52,652 nt of DNA from Flavobacterium sp. (GTDB lineage Bacteria > Bacteroidota > Bacteroidia > Flavobacteriales > Flavobacteriaceae), in the NCBI RefSeq assembly GCF_035760125.1, contig NZ_DASTTN010000028.1, positions 1 to 52,652 on the forward strand, read 5' to 3'. This document shows positions 10,701 to 19,275 of this stretch, piece by piece. The position numbers and the translations under genes were made by a program. Position 1 is the stretch's first letter; each line of letters begins with the position of its first letter. The notes beneath the pieces were generated by a model. It had not been told where the DNA came from and made no database searches. It saw nothing but the letters and a program-made list of their open reading frames with translations.

Positions 10701-13499
10701 ATGAAGACAATGAAAAGTTGGTTACTCTCTGGATTACTGTTTTTGATGGTTTCGACCGTATTTTCACAAGGAAAAATTACTGGAACTATTACAGATGGAC
10801 AAGGTCCATTACCTGGAGCAAATGTTGCTATTAAAGGTACATCAGCAGCTGCTTCAACAGGTTTTGATGGTAAATTTACCATTAGTTCTACTGTAAATGC
10901 TGGGCAATTAATTATTTCTTACATTGGTTACGATAACCAAACTGTTAATTTTACAACTTCAAACAATGGAACTACAGATTTAGGGAACATTGTTTTGGTG
11001 TCTAATTCTAATCAGTTGAGTGAAATAGTTGTTAAGTCAACTGTTGTAGACGTTGCAAAAGACAGAAAAACACCTGTTGCTGTTTCGACTATTAGAGCAA
11101 CAGAAATTCAACAAAAACTTGGAACTCAAGAATTTCCTGAAGTTTTAAAGAACACTCCTTCAGTTTATGCTGTAAAAGGTGGTGGTGGATTCGGAGATTC
11201 AAGAATTAGTATTCGTGGATTTAGTCAAAATAACATTGCCGTTATGATTAATGGTGTACCTGTTAATGATATGGAAAACAGTTCTGTATATTGGAGTAAC
11301 TGGGCTGGATTATCTGATGTAACTTCTGCTATGCAAGTACAAAGAGGTTTAGGATCTTCAAAATTGGCTATTGCATCTGTTGGAGGAACAATAAATATAT
11401 TGACTAAAACTTCTGATCAAAAAGAAGGGGGTTCTATTGGGTCTTCTTTTGGAAATGCAAATTATCTAAAAACACAAGCTTCTTATTCTACTGGTAAATT
11501 GGAGAATGGACTTTCAGCTTCTGTTTTATACAGCCACACAATGGGAGATGGATATGTAGATGGAACTGATTTTGTAGGAGATAACTATTTTATAGCTTTG
11601 GGTTATACTACAAAAGACAACAAACACGATTTTCAATTTACTTTTACAGGAGCGCCACAATGGCACAACCAAAGAAATTCAAGTATTACTATCGCTCAGT
11701 ATCAAAAATATGGAGTTGATGGAGAGCCAAATATAAGATACAACTCTGATTGGGGATATTTGAATGGAGAAAAGTTTAGTATGACAAGAAACTATTTCCA
11801 TAAACCAGTTGGTTCTTTTAACTGGGATTACAAAATAAACGAGACTTCAAAATTGTCTACTGTTCTTTATGGTTCTTGGGGCCGTGGAGGTGGAGCTAGA
11901 GGTGCTGGAGGAGTTAGAGGTTCATCTTATACGGCAGATGCTTTTAGAACTGCTGATGGTTTAGTGGATTTTGATAAAATTCAGGCCTACAACTCTGGTC
12001 AAACAGTTATGATTAATGGAGTGGCTAGAACTAGAACGGAAATTAATGGTAATTTTCAAAACAGTTCAGATACAGGTAGAAAAGGTGCTGGAACAGCAAC
12101 TGATCCATATGTTTATAATAGCACTTCAGGTATTTCTCAAATTTCATCTATCAATTCTCATGACTGGTATGGTGGTGTAATCAATTTCAATAAAAAATTC
12201 ACAGAGAACATAACTTGGGATTTAGGGGTTGATGCTAGAACTTATGTGGGTATTCACTATCAAAATTTAAATAATTTGCTAGGCGCAGATGTTTATTTTG
12301 ATAATAATGATAAGAATAATCCAAATAGAGTTTTGACTAATACGTATACTGTGAGTCCTTCTGGGAATCCTTTTTCAAATGCTACAGCTGGAGATAAAAT
12401 CAATTTTTACAATGATGGAAATGTAAACTGGTATGGTGCTTTTACTCAATTAGAGTATTCTAAAGATAATTTGACTGCATTCATTCAAGGTGCTGTTTCT
12501 CAACAAGGTTTCAAAAGAGTAGATTACTTTAAATATTTAAGTTCTGATCCACTTTCTTCTACTGATTACGAAAACATACTTGGTGGTAATGTAAAAGGAG
12601 GAGTAAACTATAATATCAACGAACAGCATAATGTTTTTGCTAATGCTGGGTATTATTCAAAACAACCGTTTTTTAATGCGGTATATCCTGGAAATGCTTC
12701 TATAGTGAATCCATATTTGGTAAATGAAAAAATCATGAGTATTGAAGGTGGTTACGGTTTCCGTTCTGGAATTTTCTCTGCCAATGTAAATGTTTATTAT
12801 ACTACTTGGGATGATAGAAATTTAAGAATAAATGATTCTAATACAGCTACTAATAGTGGTGGGTATTATGATTATACAGGAATTAGTGAAACACACATGG
12901 GAGCTGAATTTGAAGGAAACGCTAGAATTACCGATAAATTCAAAGTTAATGGAATGTTCTCTTTTGGAAACTGGGAATACAGTGGTAATGCTAATTCAAC
13001 ATTATACAATTCTGCTAACGTAGAATTGAGTAAAGCACTTTTATATTTAGATAAAGTTAAAGTAGGTGATGCTGCTCAAATGACTGCTTCTTTGGGAGCT
13101 TCTTATGAAGTTTTTGAAAGAGTTACTTTGGATGCTAATTACAACTATAATAACCATTTATATGCAGCAATTTCTCCTGAAAAATTCACAAAGATTGACA
13201 ATAAAGGATCTTTAGAATTGCCATCTTACGGATTAGTTGATGCAGGATTCTCATATAAAATGCTTGTTGGAGCTAAAAAGGATAAATCAGTAAATTTCAG
13301 AATAAATGTAAACAACGTATTTGATGAAATTTATATTGCTGAATCTAGATCTAACATCTTCGCTGATGATTTTGTTTCGGGTACATCTGGACCTACTTAT
13401 GCATCTGCAGGAAAAACATATAATGGCGTAGCAAATGCTAACCAAGTTTTCTTCGGATTTGGAAGAACTTGGAACTTTAGTTTACGTTACGATTTCTAA
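10701..13499 (+). CDS. TonB-dependent receptor with N-terminal carboxypeptidase-regulatory-like domain
   Basis: TAATTTTG at 10669-10676 places the start at ATG 10701 (or 10710); signal peptide, plug motif ISIRGF..MINGVPVND, C-terminal GRTWNFSLRYDF. Confidence 0.9.
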   Translation: MKTMKSWLLSGLLFLMVSTVFSQGKITGTITDGQGPLPGANVAIKGTSAAASTGFDGKFTISSTVNAGQLIISYIGYDNQTVNFTTSNNGTTDLGNIVLVSNSNQLSEIVVKSTVVDVAKDRKTPVAVSTIRATEIQQKLGTQEFPEVLKNTPSVYAVKGGGGFGDSRISIRGFSQNNIAVMINGVPVNDMENSSVYWSNWAGLSDVTSAMQVQRGLGSSKLAIASVGGTINILTKTSDQKEGGSIGSSFGNANYLKTQASYSTGKLENGLSASVLYSHTMGDGYVDGTDFVGDNYFIALGYTTKDNKHDFQFTFTGAPQWHNQRNSSITIAQYQKYGVDGEPNIRYNSDWGYLNGEKFSMTRNYFHKPVGSFNWDYKINETSKLSTVLYGSWGRGGGARGAGGVRGSSYTADAFRTADGLVDFDKIQAYNSGQTVMINGVARTRTEINGNFQNSSDTGRKGAGTATDPYVYNSTSGISQISSINSHDWYGGVINFNKKFTENITWDLGVDARTYVGIHYQNLNNLLGADVYFDNNDKNNPNRVLTNTYTVSPSGNPFSNATAGDKINFYNDGNVNWYGAFTQLEYSKDNLTAFIQGAVSQQGFKRVDYFKYLSSDPLSSTDYENILGGNVKGGVNYNINEQHNVFANAGYYSKQPFFNAVYPGNASIVNPYLVNEKIMSIEGGYGFRSGIFSANVNVYYTTWDDRNLRINDSNTATNSGGYYDYTGISETHMGAEFEGNARITDKFKVNGMFSFGNWEYSGNANSTLYNSANVELSKALLYLDKVKVGDAAQMTASLGASYEVFERVTLDANYNYNNHLYAAISPEKFTKIDNKGSLELPSYGLVDAGFSYKMLVGAKKDKSVNFRINVNNVFDEIYIAESRSNIFADDFVSGTSGPTYASAGKTYNGVANANQVFFGFGRTWNFSLRYDF

Positions 13500-13523
13500 A
13501 AAAAAAATCAAAATACAGTTCAC

Positions 13524-13561
13524 AAAACCCCAATCGCTTTTTAGTGTATTGGGGTTTTTTT
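13524..13561 (+). terminator. Intrinsic terminator
   Basis: AAAACCCCAAT...ATTGGGGTTTTTTT. Confidence 0.8.
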
Positions 13562-13603
13562 ATGACTTTTTTGCTTATATTTGTTTAAATTAAAAAAATA
13601 TTT

Positions 13604-14026
13604 ATGTACACGATTTTACAAAAATTTCACTCAGGTTGGGCTTATATTGCATTGTTAGTTCTTGTTATCGCGGTTATTAATGCCATAATAGGAATGTCTT
13701 CAAAAAAAGAATTTACTCCAAAAGACAGAAAAATTGCTTTGTTTGGATTAATTGGAATACACGTTCAATTATTGGTTGGTATAATCTTGTATTTTGTTTC
13801 TCCGCTAGGATTGGCCTCATTTGGGCAAATGTCTGATAAAGCATTGCGTTTAACTTCATTGGAACATCCATTAATTAATATCATTGCTATCGTTTTGATT
13901 ACAATTGGTTGGTCAAAACATAAAAAATTAACGACTAGCGAATCAAAATTCAAAACCTTCTCTATATTTTACGGTTTAGGATTAGTACTTATTTTAAGTA
14001 GAATCCCTTGGTCCTTGTGGTTTTAA
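13604..14026 (+). CDS. Four-helix membrane protein of unknown function
   Basis: Four hydrophobic segments with several His residues; own TATATTTG (13576-13583) and terminator (14037-14062). Confidence 0.8.
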   Translation: MYTILQKFHSGWAYIALLVLVIAVINAIIGMSSKKEFTPKDRKIALFGLIGIHVQLLVGIILYFVSPLGLASFGQMSDKALRLTSLEHPLINIIAIVLITIGWSKHKKLTTSESKFKTFSIFYGLGLVLILSRIPWSLWF

Positions 14027-14108
14027 ACCCATTTTTAAAAGTCCTGAAAAGGACTTTTTTTTACCCATAATTTTTTTGCAATTCAAAGTTTCACCTAATA
14101 AACTATAA

Positions 14109-14603
14109 ATGAAAAAAATAATCACGCTTTTATTTTTACTGGCCAATATTGGTTTGGTAAGTAGTCAAAGTACCATTATAAACAGCAAAAAATTTTCCAT
14201 CAATAAAGACACTGTAAAAAAAACTACTAAAGTTGTCGAAAAAGAGTTTACACCAGTAACAATCGCCCCAGATTCTGTAATTGTTGAAACCGGAAAGTTT
14301 GTATTCTTCAAAAAAAATGCCCACGCCTCTTATTATCATGACAAGTTTAATGGTAAAAGAACAGCAAGCGGAAAACGATTTGATAATAAAAAATTAACTG
14401 CAGCCCATAGAAAATTCCCTTTTGGTACCAAGCTCAGAATTACCAATGAAGCCAATGGAAAATCGGTAATAGTAGAGGTGATTGATCGCGGTCCTTTTGC
14501 AAGAGGAAGAGAAATTGATTTAAGTAAAAAAGCTTTTATGGATATTACTTCCAATAAAAGCAGTGGTGCGGTAATCGTAAAAATAGAGGAATTACAAAAA
14601 TAA
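14109..14603 (+). CDS. rlpA: RlpA-family lytic transglycosylase (DPBB domain)
   Basis: ASYYH..FNGKRTASG, TAAHRKFPFGT, VIDRGPF..GREIDLSK. Confidence 0.9.
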   Translation: MKKIITLLFLLANIGLVSSQSTIINSKKFSINKDTVKKTTKVVEKEFTPVTIAPDSVIVETGKFVFFKKNAHASYYHDKFNGKRTASGKRFDNKKLTAAHRKFPFGTKLRITNEANGKSVIVEVIDRGPFARGREIDLSKKAFMDITSNKSSGAVIVKIEELQK

Positions 14604-14605
14604 AA

Positions 14606-15073
14606 TCACCAATTCTTAAAAGGATTGTTGCTTAAGTAGGCATTGTAATATCGTTTATCATTCGTAACTTCTTCGCCAAGCCAAATTGGTTTTTCAAAAG
14701 ATTCAGTTTCGGATTTTAGCTCGACTTCAGCCATAATCAGTCCTTGATTCTCACCATAAAACTCATCAATTTCAATAATATGACTACCCGTTTTGACTTC
14801 AAATCGGGTTTTGTCAATTACGCCAGATTCGCATAAAAGCAATAATTTTTCGGCCTCATCAATAGGGATTTCCTTTTCCCATTCAAAACGGGACATTCCC
14901 GATTCGTTTGAGATTCCTTTTATGGTCAAAAAGCCTTTGTTTCCTTTCACGCGCACTCTTACGGTTCTTTCGGGAACTGAACTTAAATAGCCTTGCTTTA
15001 TTCTGTTTTGGGCAAAAGATTCTTCTTTGAAAGTGTCTGAAGTGACCAAAAATTTTCTTTCTATTTCTAGCAT
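14606..15073 (-). CDS. CYTH domain protein (triphosphate tunnel metalloenzyme)
   Basis: EIERKFLV N-terminal motif, RVRV, AEVEL. Confidence 0.92.
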   Translation of the reverse strand: MLEIERKFLVTSDTFKEESFAQNRIKQGYLSSVPERTVRVRVKGNKGFLTIKGISNESGMSRFEWEKEIPIDEAEKLLLLCESGVIDKTRFEVKTGSHIIEIDEFYGENQGLIMAEVELKSETESFEKPIWLGEEVTNDKRYYNAYLSNNPFKNW

Positions 15074-15084
15074 TTGTATATTTT

Positions 15085-15165
15085 TAGGAGCTTAATCCAG
15101 CTGTACACTATATCTTTTTCTTTTTAAAGAAAAAAGAAAAAGGATGCCGTTTCCATCTGGGCTAG
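15085..15165 (+). repeat. Palindromic intergenic repeat, type A
   Basis: TAGGAGCTTAATCCAGCTGTAC..ATCTTTTTC[hairpin]AGGATGCCGTTTCCATCTGGGCTAG. Confidence 0.8.
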
Positions 15166-15245
15166 TTGCGTTCATCAAAGATATTCATTTATTTTTTAAC
15201 AGTTCTGTCGTTCCATTTTTTTCAAAACGTTTCTAAATTTGTAAC

Positions 15246-16328
15246 ATGTCCGAACCGTTTCCACATAGAAAAATCATACACATCGACATGGATGCCTTCT
15301 ATGCTTCTGTGGAGCAAATGGACAATCCTGAGTTGCGTGGAAAGCCTATTGCAGTTGGAGGAGCCGAGAATCGGGGAGTCGTTTCTGCGGCCAGTTATGA
15401 AGCCAGAAAATTTGGTGTTCGTTCTGCCATAAGTGGCTTTTTGGCCAAAAAAAACTGCCCGGAACTTATTTTTGTAAGACCTCGTTTTGATCGCTATAAA
15501 GAAATCTCAAAGAAGATCCATAAAATATTCCGTGATTATACGGATTTGATCGAGCCTCTTTCGCTTGATGAAGCCTATCTGGATGTTACCAAAAATAAAA
15601 AAGGTAATCCCAGCGCCAGTTTATTGGCACAGGAAATTAGGGAAAGAATATTCAATGAAGTTGGACTAACAGCTTCGGCGGGAATTTCGGTTAATAAATT
15701 TGTGGCCAAAATTGCCAGTGATTACAATAAACCTAACGGACAAAAAACGGTCAATCCAGATGAAGTGATTTCTTTTTTGGAGCAATTGCCCATCCAAAAA
15801 TTCTACGGAGTAGGGAAGGTTACCACCGAAAAAATGTTTCAGCTTGGAATTTTTACGGGATTGGATTTAAAAGGAAAATCAGTGGAATTTCTGGAAAAGC
15901 ATTTCGGGAAGTCGGGTGGGTTTTATTATAATGTTGTTAGGGGAATTCACAACAGTGAAGTGAAATCCAATCGGATTACAAAATCCGTGGCCGCTGAGCA
16001 TACTTTTGACATTAATCTTTCTTCTGAAATATTTATGTTGGAAAAGCTCGAAAGAATCGCATCTGAATTGGAACGACGTTTAAAAAAACATCAAATTTCC
16101 GGCAAAACAATTACCCTTAAAATAAAGTACAGCGATTTTACCCAACAGACGCGTAGCAAAACAATGCCTTATTTCATTTCGGATAAAGCGCTGATTTATG
16201 AAACGGTCAAGGAATTGTTGTATCAGGAAAAAATGAAAGATTCGGTGCGACTTCTCGGAATTTCCTTAAGCAACCTTAATACCGAAATCAAAAAAACAGT
16301 GGTGGTACAGCTCAAATTTGATTTCTAA
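15246..16328 (+). CDS. dinB: DNA polymerase IV
   Basis: HIDMDAFYASVE, ASYEARKFGV, SLDEAYLD, AKIASDYNKPNG. Confidence 0.97.
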   Translation: MSEPFPHRKIIHIDMDAFYASVEQMDNPELRGKPIAVGGAENRGVVSAASYEARKFGVRSAISGFLAKKNCPELIFVRPRFDRYKEISKKIHKIFRDYTDLIEPLSLDEAYLDVTKNKKGNPSASLLAQEIRERIFNEVGLTASAGISVNKFVAKIASDYNKPNGQKTVNPDEVISFLEQLPIQKFYGVGKVTTEKMFQLGIFTGLDLKGKSVEFLEKHFGKSGGFYYNVVRGIHNSEVKSNRITKSVAAEHTFDINLSSEIFMLEKLERIASELERRLKKHQISGKTITLKIKYSDFTQQTRSKTMPYFISDKALIYETVKELLYQEKMKDSVRLLGISLSNLNTEIKKTVVVQLKFDF

Positions 16329-16444
16329 TTCTATGAATTTCATTTGGTAAGGCATTTATTTTAGAAATAAACTTTATAAGCGGAGGTCGATTATTGTTGT
16401 TTTTTCTTTTTTGGATGATGGTAAAAAGGCAAAATCTTTCTCTT

Positions 16445-16510
16445 TAGCCCCGATAGAAGTGGAAATCCTCCCGATTTTTTTCGGGAGATTGTAACGGAAA
16501 GCGGGACAAT
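16445..16510 (-). repeat. Palindromic intergenic repeat, type A core, inverted
   Basis: Reverse complement reads TCCCGCTTTCCGTTACAATC[hairpin]GGATTTCCACTTCTATCGGGGCTA. Confidence 0.8.
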
Positions 16511-16563
16511 ATTGCCAAAAAAGCCAAATGTTTCTGCTCCAAATTAACATAATAATCAGGTTG

Positions 16564-17505
16564 TTATTGTTGTTGCTGTTGTTCGATATAATTTATTTGC
16601 TCGTTTATTTCCTGTGGAATTTCTTCAAGTTGAACATCGTTTATTTCTTCATAATGCCTGCCGTCCTCATAGCCTATGGAGACGCATACGGAGAGTGTCT
16701 GTCTGGCAAGTCCTTTGAACGTTCCTTTGATTGGTGTGCAATCGCAAAAATCACTGCCTACGGCTAGTTTTACGTGATTGTCCATAGTCCAGATATTATT
16801 GGTGGGATCGAGCCCAAGCCAGCCTTGAGTGGGAGTGTAAATTTCGACCCAGGCATGAGTTGCCCCTTCGCCCCTTAAACCACTTTCGTTTGGACAAATA
16901 TAGCCACTTACATATCTGGACGGAATGCCAACAGTTCTTAACAGTTGTAGCAATACGTGTGCAAAATCTTGGCAAACTCCTTTTTTGAGTTCTAAAATTT
17001 CATCGATAGTGGTTTCTATATTGGTGATTCCTTTGGTATAGGTAAAATTGTCAAATATGTATTGATTGCATAATTGAGCAATGTTTATGACTGGTTTATT
17101 GACTACATCTATAGCTGCCAAAATAGCTTCAATCTCGTTTTGTTTTTGAATGGATTCGGGATAACTCAGCCTTAATAAGGTTATGTTTTCACTTTTTTGT
17201 TTCAATAGATCTTCAACAGTTGTGTTGTCGATTTCAGGTATTTTTAGCGAATGATTAACTCGAACAGTCATTCTAGATTCGATAACCATTTCTTCATGCG
17301 ATTCCAGATTATTAAAATTTGCAACTCGATTGCCGTAATAATCTTGGTAATATTCTACTTTAGGATCATGGGTGATTAAGAGTTGGTAATCGAGTACGTC
17401 TTGATTGTCAAAATGATTGGGAAACAAACGTACCTCGTTTATACTTTCTTTTATGGGCCAGTTGTATTGGTATTTTGTAATATGAACTATTTTGAATATT
17501 GCCAT
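16564..17505 (-). CDS. Bacterial transglutaminase-like protein with poly-Gln C-terminus
   Basis: GVCQDFAH, RYVSGY, THAWVE and GLDPTN give the Cys-His-Asp triad; ends EQQQQQ. Confidence 0.93.
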   Translation of the reverse strand: MAIFKIVHITKYQYNWPIKESINEVRLFPNHFDNQDVLDYQLLITHDPKVEYYQDYYGNRVANFNNLESHEEMVIESRMTVRVNHSLKIPEIDNTTVEDLLKQKSENITLLRLSYPESIQKQNEIEAILAAIDVVNKPVINIAQLCNQYIFDNFTYTKGITNIETTIDEILELKKGVCQDFAHVLLQLLRTVGIPSRYVSGYICPNESGLRGEGATHAWVEIYTPTQGWLGLDPTNNIWTMDNHVKLAVGSDFCDCTPIKGTFKGLARQTLSVCVSIGYEDGRHYEEINDVQLEEIPQEINEQINYIEQQQQQ

Positions 17506-17511
17506 AGGAAA

Positions 17512-18465
17512 TTAGGTGTAGGAGAAAAATAATTTCGAGAAATCGACAGAAAACTGGGTAAGCTGTGTTTTTGTAGTTTCTAGAACTTCTTCCAGTTGTT
17601 TATCCGTCAAGTGATGATAGTCGGTAAAGGCTATGTAGCTTTTTAATCGTCCAAATTGATTGTATAATGTTCGGGCTTCACTTATTTCACTGTCTTTCAC
17701 AAGGCAATCCAAATATTTATTAATTAATTCGAGTGTAAAGATCACAGAATGAGCAAAGTCTTGGTTGAAAATAACGTGCTGTACGACCTTTCGATTGTGT
17801 TTGATATTACTATAACTCTTTAGGTACAACTCGTAACCCGATAAGGATAGCAATAATCTTCTCCAGTACATTACGTCTTCATTTCCGTCCAAATTATAAT
17901 TGATAGGGGCGTAATAAGCTTGTGTCATAGAGATGGTTTGTAGGCACCTTTCTATCAGTTTTCCTATATTCGAAAAGCTCCATCCAAGTCCTCTTGGCAT
18001 GGTTACATGCAATATGCCGTTGTAAAGTAAGAGATCTTTATTTAGTTTGCTTACAATCTGCAAGGCATCTGATGTTTCCAGTTTTTTGGGAAGATCAGGG
18101 GAGTTCATGAAATGATACAGCGAATTGATATGTTCCCAGAGTTCTTTTGTTATTTTGTCTTGAGAACCTCTGGCATTTTCACGGGCTTTCACAACTAAAT
18201 TTTTAACAGAATTGTGATTCAAACTATCGCAGATAATGTATTTCAGCACAAAGTTGGTGTCGTATTGCACTTCGTTTATTTGGTCGTATGTCAAATCGGT
18301 ATAATATTTTAATAAAGGTTTGTAGCCCTGACAATCATCGGTTTCTTTGTCAAATGATAGAATGTAACTGGTGTTAAGAGTTAGTAACATGCCATCGGTT
18401 CTTTCCATATATCTGTGGAGCCAGAACATTCCGTCTGCCACTCGACTTAGCATATTTGCTTTCAT
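17512..18465 (-). CDS. Alpha-E domain protein (DUF403 type)
   Basis: MLSRVADGMFWLHRYMER, ARENAR and second ER motif GKLIER. Confidence 0.92.
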   Translation of the reverse strand: MKANMLSRVADGMFWLHRYMERTDGMLLTLNTSYILSFDKETDDCQGYKPLLKYYTDLTYDQINEVQYDTNFVLKYIICDSLNHNSVKNLVVKARENARGSQDKITKELWEHINSLYHFMNSPDLPKKLETSDALQIVSKLNKDLLLYNGILHVTMPRGLGWSFSNIGKLIERCLQTISMTQAYYAPINYNLDGNEDVMYWRRLLLSLSGYELYLKSYSNIKHNRKVVQHVIFNQDFAHSVIFTLELINKYLDCLVKDSEISEARTLYNQFGRLKSYIAFTDYHHLTDKQLEEVLETTKTQLTQFSVDFSKLFFSYT

Positions 18466-18504
18466 ATGATTCGATTTATAAATTGTAATTTTTTCAGCAA
18501 AATT

Positions 18505-18694
18505 ATTTACTTCGTCAGTTCGCTAAAGCTCGTGTGGGCGTGACCCTGTTGAGCAAAGAGGAATACTTTTAGCACTGCTTATACAGCCCCTTAGCTCAAC
18601 AGCGACGGGCTATCACGAGCGCATGGCGCCTTGTTCAAATGAAATTCACTGAACTCCAATGAAAATAAATATATAGTGAAGTAATCCCTCACGC
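18505..18694 (+). repeat. Composite type B repeat with 5' accessory module and 44-bp insertion
   Basis: ATTTACTTCGTCAGTTCGC module, then GGGCGTGACCC...GACGGGCTATC...ATCCCTCACGC. Confidence 0.8.
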
Positions 18695-18770
18695 AATCCC
18701 ATAAATCGACAGCCCGTATATCTTACGAGTTCACAACTATCGAAAACTGTGGTCTAAACAATGCTCTTTT

Positions 18771-18899
18771 TTAGCATTTGAAAATAATAGGTTCTACAAT
18801 GGTTTCTATTATTGACTCTATGATAGGAGCCTGAGATTCTGTGTAATTGTTGAGTAAAAACATCCCGTTTGTAACTCCACTTAGCATAGTTGTTTTCAT
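18771..18899 (-). CDS. 42-aa small peptide not in the ORF track: MKTTMLSGVTNGMFLLNNYTESQAPIIESIIETIVEPIIFKC
   Basis: Translated by hand; co-directional with the operon, 23 nt after the upstream stop, A-rich start context nearly identical to that of the 107-aa ORF. Confidence 0.6.
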   Translation of the reverse strand: MKTTMLSGVTNGMFLLNNYTESQAPIIESIIETIVEPIIFKC

Positions 18900-18922
18900 T
18901 TGAATTGATTTTAAAATTGAGA

Positions 18923-19246
18923 TTAATAGATTTTGATTTTATTTATAAATCGCTTGATTAAATTTTCTTCTATTTCACTTTTTGGTACTTCCAAATTGGG
19001 TTCCTCTACAGTTTTAATAGGTTTTATTTCTTCTTTTTTTGTAACAATTTCAGGAATTGGAATTGAATCTAAATTTGGTATTTCAGGATCGGCTGTTATT
19101 GTTATTTTTTTAACTTCAGGCTCATTTGTGTTTTCTACTGTAGTTTCAGTTGGTTTCGCGTCGTTTAAATGTTCTAAAACCATTTCGGGTAAAAAGGCAA
19201 ACTTATTGCTTTCGTTTTTTTCTGTGTTTAAGGCTTCTGTTTTCAT
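18923..19246 (-). CDS. Glu/Pro/Thr/Ile-rich low-complexity 107-aa protein
   Basis: Co-directional with the operon, 29 nt after the ATP-grasp stop; 19 Glu, no Gly or Cys. Confidence 0.75.
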   Translation of the reverse strand: MKTEALNTEKNESNKFAFLPEMVLEHLNDAKPTETTVENTNEPEVKKITITADPEIPNLDSIPIPEIVTKKEEIKPIKTVEEPNLEVPKSEIEENLIKRFINKIKIY

Positions 19247-19275
19247 TTTGATTCATTTTAAAAATTAAAATGAAA

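Noticed and set aside
10553-10882. Short overlapping ORFs here and across the window (for example 730-1114, 3182-4036, 7759-8371, 19283-19902, 34429-34905, 39175-40144)
   Set aside because: Antisense or out-of-frame shadows of well-supported genes with no recognisable motifs.
18933-19268. 111-aa plus-strand ORF
   Set aside because: Antisense shadow of the 107-aa ORF that is co-directional with the operon.
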